Of a stretch of DNA of 64,000 nucleotides, positions 1 through 12,188 are shown one piece after another. The notes beneath the pieces are model-generated. The model saw only the letters and a list, made by a program, of their open reading frames with translations, was not told the origin of the DNA and searched no databases. Position 1 is the first letter of the stretch. The number at the start of each line of letters is the position of its first letter. The stretch lies in the NCBI RefSeq assembly GCF_030144855.1, contig NC_082729.1:35030001-35094000 (forward strand), given 5' to 3'. Origin of the DNA: Hypanus sabinus (lineage: Eukaryota). A program made the translations under genes and the position numbers.

Positions 1-35
1 TGACCAAGTCTTTCTCATCGTTTTTCCCCACGCAG

Positions 36-601
36 AGTGGACCATTGGAAACGGGAGACCGAACGACTCTTGCTGCTGACGCCTCATTTCCTGTTGGTGG
101 GTCATTACTGTGTCATTGGTGTGACGTTCAGGATCGGACAAGTCCAGTTCCCAAAGACGTCCATCAGCAAAAGCAGAAAAGCGAGGGACCTGCAGCAACT
201 ATCCCGCTGTTTCGCGTAGAATCCGATAGTCAAGTCAAAGCAAGAAAAGTCACTTTTATTGTCATTTCGACCATAACTGCTGTGTACAGTACATAGTAAA
301 AATGAGACAACGTTTTTCAGGACCATGGTGTTACATGACACAATAGAAAAACTAAACAGAGAAAAAACACACACACAACAACTACACTAGACTACAGACC
401 TACCCAGGACTGCACAAAGTGCACAAAATAATGCGGACATGACAATAACCAGTAGGCTTCGTAGGGGAAAAATGACAGTGATCAGGAGCGAGATTCGGGT
501 TGATTCACAGCCCTCCATCTGTATACATAAGCATTATTTTACTGTGAGCCAAACCACTTGTCAACGTTGATACTTACGTTGAACATAAGTTAGGGCCGTA
601 G
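36..601 (+). pseudogene. TPRG1/TPRG1L (hSac2-domain)-like pseudogene fragment
   Basis: A pyrimidine tract and CAG acceptor end at 35, followed by (E)VDHWKRETERLLLLTPHFLLVGHYCVIGVTFRIGQVQFPKTSIS, which resembles TPRG1-family EVDHWNNEKERxxLxT...YxxI...GxxxFPxxS. A TAG stop sits where W of WNP is expected (FA*NP). After a LINE insertion (228-450), 551-595 reads KPLVNVDTYVEHKLG, like the family C-terminal PxxIxTYVG...KLG. Stops and internal deletions are present. Confidence 0.6.
228..450 (-). mobile_element. Rex1/Babar-like LINE 3' end fragment
   Basis: (AAGTC)n tail on the plus strand. Near-identical to 11097-11330, where the adjoining sequence encodes a Rex1-type C-terminus. Confidence 0.55.
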
Positions 602-1085
602 AGTACGGAGAACAGGCTACCGCAGACTCCCGCCGTCCACGCAGCATGATTAATCCAACGGAACAGCAGAGACCGATACAGTGTGGCACACACAGCGTCA
701 GCGGAGGTGTCAGCTAGCACTAAATTCCAGATATGACTGTCTGGGGACTTCTGCTCCGTATATATCTTCGTGGCATATTCATGAAGCTTCTTCAATGAAT
801 GGCTGTAATCATAATGCAGATCAATATCAGAGTTTCCTTCTCCTACACGAGCTGCCAACCACAGCTGACAAGTCCCATCGGCCCGAGGGGACGTCTTATG
901 GCGTCAGAAATTCATCTTTGCTTCTTCATCGGTCGGTTCCGCCGGGATTAGTGGCGAACATAAACGTGAAAGCCAGGATGTGGACTTGGTTGTCGCAGGC
1001 TATGAGAGATCAATGCCATTGGGGGACTTTCATGCGTAGTGGAAGTTTACACCCACTGCACTCACTTCCGGCCATTACAACCTTG
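600..1085 (-). mobile_element. RTE-type non-LTR element 5' region (non-coding)
   Basis: Reverse complement aligns with copies at 22325-22655, 27250-27665, 39400-39640 and 40480-41060 (gacaaccaagtccagctcctggccttcacg...ggagaaggaaaactctgat). Confidence 0.5.
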
Positions 1086-2739
1086 AAGTCCCATTCCATG
1101 CGTCACAGTTCTGCTGGATTCAGGAACAAGAACCTTGATGGCATTATACCCACTGTAAGGCCTATACCACTCCACGGGTCGCAAATGCAAAGACAAGGAG
1201 TGATTTACCCCCTCTTCCACTAACCACATGTGAGAGGAGATGTATCAGCAGCAAAGAACCACTCACGATCCCGCCGAAACCCTGCACAACTCTTTGTTTC
1301 ACTCTTTGTTTCCCCTTCTAAGTGAGTCTAGGACAAGTAGGCATAGCTTCAGAATAGCAGAACAGAGAGGAGGAAGAATTTCTTTGTTGAGAGAGTGGCG
1401 AATGTGTGGAATTTGTTGCCAGACCGTTGTGGAGGCCAAGTTATTGGGTATATTTGATGCAGAGATTGATCCATCAGGGCGCCAAATGTTACTGGGAGAA
1501 TTCAGGAGAATAAGGCCGAGAGGAATAATGAATCAGCCTTGTTGGATTTGTTGAGCATATCCAATGTGCCGAATAGACTATTTCTGATCCTATATTTTCT
1601 GCACTTATAAGTTCAGGCTTCCCTAATCGACGGAACAGAATCGCTGACGATTCATCTTCTATGAATCAAGCATCAGAATTTCAAGCTGACTGTGGTTGGT
1701 TGAAACTTTCACTCCCAAACCCGGGTTAGGAATGCAGGCTGACTTTATCCCCGTTCTTAACAAACTGGACAGAGAATGGAATGAGAATTCCGAGCTGATT
1801 TTTTTTGCCGCCGATCCTGTTACCGAGGTCCGTTGGAATCAGCAGAACCTTTACTGATTGACATCCCTACCTCCTGCACCCACACAACCCATTCCTCCTA
1901 CCACCTTCTACTCACCCCCTTCCCTGCAATTCAGCTGCTGCCCGTCCCACACTTCGGCCGCGGCGTTCCAACCTCACCATTCCCAACTTCCTTTGCTACC
2001 ATCAGATTCACAAACTCGCTCTCTATTGCACATTAATCACTCTAGTCTGAATCACTCTATGCACATAAATACGCCAAAGACTTTTGCACAGTATTGTACA
2101 CAAAAGTATTGCAAGCAACAGTGGCCTGCTTCTACGCTCGTTATATCAACTTCTCTACGAGTCCATGCTTAGCTTCGGTAGAAAATGGGGATCCTTTCCC
2201 CAGGCTGGAAATATCAAGCTAAAACATAAAATCTCTGACGACGACAGTTTACGGTTTCAGAAGCTGATCACTGGGATGCTGCTCGAATTAGAGGACTTAA
2301 ACCTTCTAACTGCGCGTTACGACGCGGCAGAGAGTCGGAGGCTGAGCAGAGATCTGATCGAAAGTTATAAGAGAGGCATAGATCGTGTGGATAGCAAAAG
2401 ATTTTGTGATGAGTATACAAATGCTGAGTATCACGGGTTATATGTGAAAGTTTAAAGGATATGTAACAATATTAATGAAAACTCGCATGAGATTCCGAAA
2501 TGATGAAACTTCACATCTTTCTGAAGAAAGCCCTGACATGTTACTCGCTACTCAATACACATATTCAGAATGGGAATCATAATGTCACGTGATCGTCACT
2601 CAATTGCATTTTGTGACCCTACACCGTACGTTCGATCGTTGTTTCATCTTATGGGTAATATAAACATTTGTATGTGATATTTCGTTTGGGTATAAACAGC
2701 AACAGGCAATTTATAAGCGCAATAGTTTCTACAAATGCT

Positions 2740-3620
2740 GGGAACTTTTGAGCAATACACACAAAATACTGTATAGTCTCATTAATTAAGGTAGCATTAT
2801 GGAAGGGAATAAATAGTTACAGCCCATGGCGCCTAATCAAAAAGGGAAGAGATGCCGGAATAAGAAGGCAGGGGAAGGGAAGGAGCACAAGCTGGAAGGT
2901 CACAGTGAACACAGTTAAGGGGGAAGCTGAGGAGGTGGCCGAGAGGGGTGAAGGAAGAAGCTGGAACATGATACATGGAAAGGGTAAAGGGATGATGAAG
3001 AAAAAATATGATCGGTGAGGAGAGTGGGGCATGAAGAAACTGAAGGTGCAAGGGCACCAGATGGAAGACATCGGGAAGTGAGGAGAAGAGAAGATGTAAG
3101 AGTGGAAATAGCGGATGAGAGAAGGGGAAGGCAAAAGAAATACCGGAGGCTGGATAAAACGATGTTCTCGCCGTCAGGCTGGAGGCCCTCCAGACAGAAT
3201 ATGAGGTGTTCCTTCTCCAACCTGCGAGTGGCCTCATCGTGTCAGTAAAAGGGCTATTGGTCAACACTTTGGGATGGGAATGGAGAATGGAATTAAAATG
3301 GTTGGCAGATGGAAATGCTGCTTGTTGCGGATGGAGCGAAAGCCACCTGTAGAGGAGGCCACAGCAGGAGCACCTGATAGAGTTGGTCGTCCCGTCAGGC
3401 ACTCAGGTGAAGTGTCGCCTTACCTGTAAAGACTGTTTGGGGGCATGAGTGGTAGTGAATGAGGAGGTAAATGGGCAGATGTTGCGCTTTTTCCACTCGC
3501 AGGTATAAGTACCAGGAGAGAGGCAGGTGGGGTGGGATGAATGCACAAGAAGATGATGGAGCGTGCGATTCCTACCAACAGCCAAGAGTGGGCATGGCAG
3601 GAAGCTATGATCATCTAATT
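2740..3620 (-). mobile_element. Penelope-like element remnant
   Basis: Purine-rich body with the ccagacagaatatgaggtgttccttctccaacctg..gtggcctcatcgtg motif, a GIY-YIG-region remnant. Inverted homologue of 24860-25520 and 35910-36830. Confidence 0.6.
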
Positions 3621-3790
3621 CTCCTCCAATCGAAAAACCGTCTATTAAATTAATCAATATATTAATAATAATTTCTGATACAGAATGACAGGGTGGTATA
3701 TAATTCTAATTAACCTGGAGTTTTCAGTGAAATTTATTTGTGTTTACACGGAACGAATTTGCAAAGTTTCTTTTTTTCTCCAGTAGCCTT

Positions 3791-4701
3791 CTACTTCCGA
3801 GACGAAGCTAACGAATGTGAAATGTTCAGCGGAAATTTCATCAGAACCTTTAACTCTTCTCGGAATTTGTTTTGAGTCACTGCGTAGATAAACGTGTTTG
3901 TGCAACAGCTCAGCATCTGAAACACGTTTCCACTTTCCATCAGGATAAATCTGGGGTCTCCGTAGCCATTAACTGTATAACCAACTTGAAATCGCTCTAC
4001 AAAGAAGTGTATAACATACGGCATCCACAGAAGGATGAAACATCCCGAGATTGCAAAGAGCAGGACGATCGACTTCCTGCGGCTTTCCATCTCCGGGTCG
4101 CTCTGTCTCTCTCCGGCGGAACAACTGCGGAGTCTCCTACGGGCCCGACTGGCCGCCAAAATGTGCCTGACCGTCAGAGCGTTGAATGAGAGAATAAGCA
4201 GGAACGGTACGCAAGGAGTCACAACGCGATCGGTCCAATCAAATATTGTCCACACCAGAAAATAATAAAGAATACTCCTCCGTTTGCAATACCAGGGCAC
4301 GTTGTCAATGACGTAGACTGGTTCGTGCAAAAAATACCAGGGAATGTTAATCACGCAACCCAGAGTGCAGACGACACAGACAACAATTCCTGCGGTTCTT
4401 TGCGTGCAGTATTTTGCTTTGAGATTCTGCCAGCAGATGGCGACGTATCGATCAAAGGTGAATGTGACCGTTAACCAAACCGAACTGTCCCTAGCGGCGT
4501 AAATTAACGCAATGCTCAAACTGCACACAGGCGTGATGGAAAGGAAACTGCCGGGGAAATAAATAGCAGGAATGCGGTTTAATATCACAGCGGTGATAAT
4601 TACCAGAAGATCCGTCGCGGCCATGGACACGAGATACCGGCTGATACACCTGGACAAACCGCAGTTTCCTCGGGAGAGGATCACAATAGCCACTATATTA
4701 A
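3791..4701 (-). CDS. GPR139/GPR142-like class A GPCR, copy 1, coding exon 2 (rest of TM1 to C-terminus)
   Basis: Acceptor ttgtttctcccgcag|TT AAT ATA GTG. The open frame has TM2 MAATDLL, TM3 Cys and FTFDRY, TM4 NIPWY, TM5 TPCVPF..N, TM6 WMP, TM7 SCCTNTFIY and a TAG stop at 3791. It splices in phase 1 to exon 1, giving 326 aa. AATAAA on - strand at 3733-3738. Confidence 0.93.
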
Positions 4702-6176
4702 CTGCGGGAGAAACAATTGAAGATTATCACAAGAACGTATTCGCAGCAGAAGTAATTCTGAAGTTTGAACGTAAAACCTTCCACAATTACGGTATGTCAC
4801 CAAACAAACTTCGGCAAACTTCTATTGATGCCAAAGGAGGTTATCCTAACTGGTTGCATCACGACCTGATATGGAAATCTCAATGACCAAGAAGTAAAAC
4901 GAGAGCAGGAAAAGCCTTCTGGATTTGATCAATTATCACGGGCTAATAAAATGTACATTCTGTCTCCATTTTATTATGTACACCTGCTCGTAAATGCGAG
5001 TGTCTGATTACAGTAGGGGTCCAATCTGGGCTAAACGGACCCTTGGTTAGTGGTAGATACAATGTCATAAAAAGTTGGGCACCCTGGTCAAGCTGTTGCT
5101 CAAACCCGCATCATAATGGAAAAGCAATTTGATCTCAATGTCTTTGACCATGGAATTATTGTTACTGACAAACGGGGTAGTTTCAGTATCTCAGAAAGTC
5201 TGATCTTCTGGGATTTTCACACACCGGGGAACAAAGAAACAAGCAAAAAATCCAATGAGCCTCAGAACATTCCTTGTCAATCAGAGATGACAAGAGAGAA
5301 CGGCTTGAACTAAAACAACCAAGGGTCATACCCGTACACTCAGAGATGTCTATTACTGCGTTGTTCTCCAGTTAAACCAATTTAGAAAATGTCGGCGATG
5401 GTCAGTGAGACGATGTCAGTGCATTAAGATTTAAAACTGATTCAAGTATTAATACTGCATGGTTAAGACAGCGACCTAAATTACTCTTGTTACAAATGCT
5501 GTGGCGTGTTCGCCACCATTTTAAAGAATGTTATTTAATTACTTTATTACTTTTCAAGTAATTTGCTGTACAATTAATACAGTCAGATTGCATTTATCAT
5601 TCCCTTCCTCGTACAAACGGTCATGCAGAACACAGCGGTATGAATGTATAATTTAATTATTAGTCATATTCATATATTATAAACAGTTCTGTGTAAAAGT
5701 CTTAGATGCATATATATATAACAAGGATTACCAAGATGCATATACTCCTAACAGGTTTGCACAGTAGAGTAAACTGCTGTTTAATGTTATTTCCTTCGAG
5801 GTTATTTTGATTTGATTTGAAGCTCATCGTGGAAAGACATCTCCATCTCTAATTGGCCTAAATAGCAATATCTGGAGTTATAACGTTTTGTTAATATTGG
5901 TAAGCATTTAGTAGATACAGTTCTCTCCAAAAGTCTTGGGCACCTTAGACTATGTACCGAAGGCTTTTGCCCGTACTGTGTATATAATGTATATTAGATA
6001 CTTACTCTATACATATAATGTAGCCACCAGTGGCTACTTTATTAGGTGCACCTGTAGACTTGGTCTTTGATACAAATATCTGCTCAGCGAATCAAGTGGC
6101 AACAATTGAATTCATAAAAACCGTAACAGCTTAAGACATGGGATCACAGACGTTGACATAGTAAGAAATGCGTTAC

Positions 6177-6246
6177 CTGGAACCGCGATTACTGCAAGAG
6201 CTGTGTAGTAAATAGCGTACACTAAACCTCTGGGAGGGGCGTGCAT
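6177..6246 (-). CDS. GPR139/GPR142-like GPCR copy 1, coding exon 1 (MHAPPRGLVYAIYYTALAVIAVP)
   Basis: 70-nt exon with ATG at 6246 and donor CCAG|gtaacg. Near-identical to exon 1 of copies 2 and 3, and supplies the missing first half of TM1. Confidence 0.92.
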
Positions 6247-6299
6247 TTTCCGTGAGGGTCTACGATACGCGTTCCTAACACCAGTCGCGTTTTTGTCGA

Positions 6300-6440
6300 T
6301 TTCGGAAGGAGTCCTTTATATACTTAACGTTCAATCAGGAAAGTCAGTTCAATAAGCTCATCTTGTTTACGATTGAGTCATGGAGAATGACATTAACTTA
6401 GATACACTCAGTGAACAAACATAATAACTGACGTCAGAAT
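6300..6440 (-). promoter_or_regulatory. Proximal promoter module of GPCR copy 1
   Basis: On the gene strand: TGACGTCA (6429-6436), TGTTTGTTCAC, TGACTCA (6374-6380), GTAAACAA (6363-6370), TATATAAA (6315-6322). The block aligns with the upstream regions of copies 2 and 3. Confidence 0.65.
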
Positions 6441-7621
6441 TACCATTGCAAACAACTAACGAAGGAACAGATTTGGTAACATCCTCATTAGTGTGACCTC
6501 GTAAATTGGGAAATTGCTGCAATGCTTCTCACTTCCTGATGAGATGGTGGTTGTTGTGGGGAAATGCATTGTGTACACATTCAAAGCTCAATATGTAACA
6601 TTTCAAAAATTGCTTTTCGCTTTACCGACCCTATCATGCCGAACACTCCGATCTGACGTTATGTAATTTGATTATTTCAAATTATATGTATAAAATATAT
6701 ATTATGCAGACATTTTATACAAATACTGTATACATTGAATCTGCTCTACCGTTCCATAATGGCTGGTTTATTATCGCTTTCCCCCACTCCTCTTTTACTT
6801 TTTCCCTGTAATCGTTGACTCCCTTCTTAATCAAGATCCTATCAATCTCCTCTTAACATGCACCCTATGACTTGTCCTCCACAGCCGTCTGGGGCTTAAT
6901 TCCACAGATTGACCTCCTTCTTATCAAATATATATTCCTCATCTCTGCTATAAATGAACATCCTTCAATTCTAATGTTGTACCCGCTTATCCTGGACTCA
7001 ACATCTGCAGGAAACATCTTCTATATTTCTACTCAATGCAGGCCTTTCAATATTTCAATACGTTTCATTGAAATCATTCTCCCGCGCCATTCATGAAACC
7101 TCCAGAGAACATAGGCCCAGAGCCATCAGGCTCTACACATACCTTAACACTTTGTGGCCAGAGACCGTTGTGGAGCCAAGCGATTGGCTATCTTTAAGGC
7201 AGAGTTTGATAGGTTCTTGATCAAACAGTGTATCAAAGATTATGGGCACACGGCAGGGGAATGGAGTTGGGATAACAAATGGCGGAGAAACTATGGACCG
7301 AATGGCCTAATTCTTTTCAGCAGCCTTATGTTCTCATGGTTTTCATGCATTAGACTGAAACAGATGAAAGCAAAAATTCGCCCTTAGGCACCCTCAGCTT
7401 ATCTGTTCATGCGGATTTCAGAAAGCTGAGACACATGGGAAAGATTAAAGAGAGTGTCCAATGGTAGGTTAAAAATGCCGCTTCAACCTTTGGCGCAGTC
7501 AATAAGAGTATCATGAAAGTCAGATACATCAGGAGAGGTACACAACTGATCCATCATAATATCTACTGATTAATTGTGGAAAATGAGATATAAAATAGCA
7601 ACATCATGCATCTCGCATCTG

Positions 7622-9231
7622 CATTGGTGCTAGAAAGTTTTTGAACCTTGTAGAATTTTCTCCATGTTTGCATAAATCTGCCCTAAGCGTGCTCAGATCA
7701 TCACATAAGTCCTAAAACTAGATAAAAGAACCTAAGTAAATCATTGGCACAAAAACTTGATACTTGTCCATTTATTTATTGAGAACAATGATCCAATATT
7801 ACTTGTATTTGTTGAAAAATGTGTATGAATCTCCGGGTTAATGACTTCCAGAAAGGATAATTAGAGTCACATGTTCCAACCAATGGAGGTGTGAGCTGTA
7901 GAGGTGCCCTGCCCTATTTCAAAAAGAGACCGAGAAAATCAGGTTATTGGCAGATCCTACTCTTCTCATTAAAAATCTGTTTCTGTGCACCATTCCTGAA
8001 AGAAATCAGCTATCAAAGGACCGTAGAAGAAGAATTGTAGAGATACATTAAGCTGAAAAAGGCTGCAAAAACATTTCTAAAGGGCTGAAGGTTCATCAGC
8101 CCCTTGTAAGATGAATTGCCTACAATTGGAGAGAACTCAAAACTGCTGCTACTCTCCCTAGGGGCGAGTATGCCTCAAAGGTCACATCAACAGCACAATG
8201 TGCAAAGTTGAAGGAGACGAAAAAGGATCCAAGGGTAACAGCAACAGTTCTGCAGGTATCTCTATAACTTGCTAAAGTGTCTGTTCATGTATGTGTCCAC
8301 TATTAGAAAAACATTGAGCAAGAAAATTGCGCATGGAAGGACACCACAGTGGAAATCACTGCTCAAAGACAACATTATTGCACGTGTCAATTTTTTTAAA
8401 GACCTTCTGTATACTCTACAATGCTTCTGGCACTTCCTTCTGTGGACAGATGAGACAAAACTGAAACTTCTGACAGAAATATGCATTGCTATGTTTGTAG
8501 GATAAAGAGCACTGCACAGCAACACGAAAACCTCATCCCAACTGTGAAGCATGGTTGAAGGAGCGTCGTGGTTTTGGGTCGCTTTGCTGCCACAAGGCCG
8601 AGAAAACTTGGAATCGTTCAGAAAAGAATTGATTCAAAATTGTATCAGAACATTTTACAGGTGAATTTCAGGGTAGCAGGCCGATAACTGAAACTTAATA
8701 GAAGTTGGTTAATGCAACAAAATAATGATCCGAATGCAAGAGTAAATGAACAACAGAATGCTTTAAAAAGAAGAAAATTCGTCTTTTGGAATGGCCGAGT
8801 CAAAGTGCAGAGCTTAACCCTTTAGAAACGATGTGGAAGTACCTGAAGCCAGCATTATCCCAAAGCTCACACAGTTTTGCCAGGAGGAATAGCCTAAAAA
8901 CCTCCAAGCCCATGTGCAAGACTTGTTACTGGAAACATTTGGTTGAAGTTATTGTTGTATTAGGATGTGACAGCAGTCAATGAAAGCAAAGATTCACAAT
9001 TTTGTTCCTGAGGAATACACGTCATATTAGATAATTTTTCTCGAAATACATGTTATATTAGATAATTTTTCTCAATAAATAAATGATCGAGTATGATGTT
9101 TTTCCGTGATTTATTTAATTGGTTTCCTTTATCTAGATTTAGGACACGTGAAGATCTGTTCAAATTTTAGGTCGTGTTTGTGGAGAAATGGAAAAAATCC
9201 AATAGGGATCACAAACTGTCCAGTATTACTG
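7622..9231 (+). mobile_element. Tc1/mariner DNA transposon, full-length but degenerate
   Basis: ~200-bp terminal inverted repeats (cattggtgctagaaag... / ...cagtattactg followed by TA). Broken transposase with STIRKTL..HGRTP, LWTDETK and [13 protein letters not shown] motifs. Confidence 0.88.
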
Positions 9232-10394
9232 TAATCACCACACACTTAGATAACAGCAATATACTCATAGAAGATGGAAAATAGTACCGTGAAGGATGAA
9301 AGGGTGTGAAAAACAACTGAGGTTAGATCAAGCCTGGTACAAAAGCATTTTTCATTTTTGTAAAAATATTACCAATGTTACAAAAAATCGTTTTATTATG
9401 CCCCATAGTCATAGTTGATAGAGCCTCTTTATAAATATAAACTGTACCTAATACTTCTGAAATTCTTTCAACATCTGGTGAAACTTTGGCGTAATGTATG
9501 TGCTCTATCTTTTAACAACCACTGTTATCAAAATAAACCGATCCATTTTCAAGGGAGGTTCTTTAAGCCCTTATCTTCCTTTCAACTTGCTCTTTAATAA
9601 ACTGATCGGTCAAAAATTTTGTATCAAATCAGAAATAAAACTGAATTATTTTACCTCGAATCGCCTTCTGTACATGGATAAAACTGTGCGCACCCTCATC
9701 AGTAAAGCTACAGGAATTAATTCAAATGGCAGACCTTACTACTAAATAAGTGCAGAACATTAAAAACAAAGAAAGATGCAACAGAGCTAATAGAATACAA
9801 AACAGGGCAGGAGAATACAATACAACACAAAGGCTAATATGAAGCATGTAAGTACTTGTGATATAAACATGCAAAGTAAATTGATTATAGTGTGATAAAG
9901 GGAAATTTTTGACAGAATTTACATCAAGCCTTCAGAAATTTTGTATAGCAGACTTCAAGAGTATAAATGAAACAAAGGCAATAAACGCTTTCCCTATTCC
10001 CATATTAACATATTCTTTTGTCATAATATCTTGGACTGAAACCGATCTGAAAAATTTACAAACGAAATAAAAACTGAAATATCAAATATCAGAAAACACA
10101 GTGTGCACTCGAATGCGCTTAGATTAACACTGTCTCAGACAGCAGGACTAATAAGGATAAAAGACATTCAAATCTACAGGACAGTTAGGTAAAATTTCTA
10201 AGGATCTATTTTTATCAACGAAAACATGATTCAGTACTCTACAGGAGCATATGAAATTCTGAGATGTACACACCACAAAACTTAAATGACAGCACAGCTC
10301 AGAAAAATGGATAAATTAACATTTTCGAAGAAAACGTTAAACGATAAGAACAGCATAACACTACATGGAAAATATCCCGACGATATGAGCAGAC

Positions 10395-10985
10395 CAGATC
10401 AGAATCAGGATCAGGTTTATTATCACTGCCGTGTGTCATGAAAGTTGTTAACTTGGCAACAGCAGTTCAATGCAGTACATAATATAGAAGAAGAGAAAAG
10501 GTTTCGTTGATAATAAATAAACAAATAAATTGCAGTGTATGTGTAAAGAATAGATCAAAATCGTGCAAAACCAGAAATAATATATATTAAACAAGTGAGA
10601 GTGTTCTCGGCATCAATGTCTAATTAGGGGTCGGATGTCAGAGAGAAATAAGCTGTTGATGATTTGCTGAGTGCATTTGCGCTGTGCCTAGCCACAGTGT
10701 GATGGGTGGAGAGAATAGAGCAGTGAGCTAAGCACACACCCCTGAGGTGCACCAGGGTTGATCGTCAGTGAAAAGGAGATACTATCACCAATCTGCGCCA
10801 TTTGTTGTCTTCCAGTTAGGGCATCGAGGATCCATTTGCAGAGGGAGTCACAGAGCCCCAGATTCAGCAACTTCTCGTTCAGTGTTGTGGGAATGGCGCT
10901 GTGAAATGCTGAGCGATAATCGATGAATATCATCCTGACATAGGTGGTTGTATTGTCCAAGTGGTCGACAAGGATGTTCAAAGTT
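10395..10985 (-). mobile_element. Rex1/Babar-like LINE fragment (RT plus 3' tail)
   Basis: ORF 10688-10981 reads YVRMIFIDYRSAF...WILDALTGRQQ...GAPQGCVLSSLLYSL. (AATCAG)n tail near 10400. Confidence 0.8.
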
Positions 10986-11096
10986 GGAGGTCTCTTCCCA
11001 GAAACAGAAATGCTTTTTGTGGCATTACAGGGAATAGGTGGCTAACTCAAAATTAACTAAAATGCATAGCAAAACACCAACAAATTCAAGACGATA

Positions 11097-11525
11097 AGTC
11101 AAGTCAAGTCACTTTTTATTATCATTTCGACCATAACTTCTGGTACGGTACACAGTAACAACGAGCTAACGTTTTTTCGGGACGATGGTGCTACATGAAA
11201 CAGTACAAAACTAGACTGAACTACGTAAGAACAACACAAAAAAAACTACCCTGGACTACAGACCTACCCAGGACTGCGTAAAATGCACAAAACAGTACAG
11301 ACATTACAATAATTAGTAAACAAGATTATATGCACAGTAGAGGGCAGTCAGTCCAGACTCTGGGTATTGAGGAGTCTGATGGCTTGGGGGAAGAAACTAT
11401 TGCACAGTTTGGTCTTGAGAGCCCGAATGCTTCTGTGCCTTTTGCCAAATGGCAGGAGGGAGAAGAATTTGTATGAGGGCTCTTCATAATGCTGTTTGCT
11501 TTGCGGGTGCAGCGTGTGGAGTAAA
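11097..11525 (-). mobile_element. Rex1/Babar-like LINE 3' end
   Basis: Minus strand encodes a degenerate LLPxGKR..S....RLxNSFFPQAIRLLN C-terminus. (AAGTC)n tail. Confidence 0.7.
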
Positions 11526-12123
11526 TGACGAAAATGGCAAGAGAACCCGGAAAAAACTGCAACACTTTCGGTTGTCCTGCAGCTGTTATCTTATCACTTA
11601 CGCAGGCATAGTGAAATGACAAACAACATTGGCCAAAGCATTGCTTTAAAATGTAACCACATAAAAGAAACCATACCCTTCTACAAATGGAAGACTGTTC
11701 CAGTATTATATTCATACTCTTACAAATTATAAATATGACAAATACAATATTACAGATAGACTACCATAATAACCGTTCGGATATAATGATACAGGATTAA
11801 TGAACAAGAATTACTTCCTTAATAGATATAGCCACTCCAAACACACGTAATATACCGAAATCAATAAATTAAAAGCAGAATAAAAAGAGAAAATAGAAAG
11901 ACGATGGAACATGAACAGGGTATACAATGAACTGCTTATAACTGCTATCACGCCAAAGGCACAGTAGAACTAAGCAATTAGGGCTACACCAAAATATCAA
12001 TGTATAGCTTCAGAAATACATCACAATAAACACAAAAGATTGAGAAAATGAAGAAATGAGTGTACTGGTCCATGAACCGTACTTCAGATTTTACCAGCTT
12101 GAACTAAGAAAAAATAAAAGAAA

Positions 12124-12188
12124 ATAATAACAACAAAAACAATAATAATAATACTAACAACAACAACAACAACAATAATAATAATAAT
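12124..12188. repeat. (AAT)n/(AAC)n microsatellite (Dong tail or target)
   Basis: aataataacaac...aataataataataat is directly visible. Confidence 0.9.

Larger units (their letters stand above)
9260..12188 (+). mobile_element. R4/Dong-clade non-LTR retrotransposon (RT plus restriction-like endonuclease), degenerate, interrupted by two Rex1-like insertions
   Basis: RT motifs IFKGGSLSP (GIFQGDSLSP) and LLYMD at ~9540-9680. Endonuclease motifs NNRSDI and LIDIATPNTRN at ~11770-11850. Ends in an (AAT/AAC)n tail. Confidence 0.75.

Noticed and set aside
2817-3402. Pro/Ser/Phe-rich ORFs (also 28171-28749 and 53052-53495)
   Set aside because: Low-complexity pyrimidine-rich Penelope-derived sequence that lacks stops by composition.
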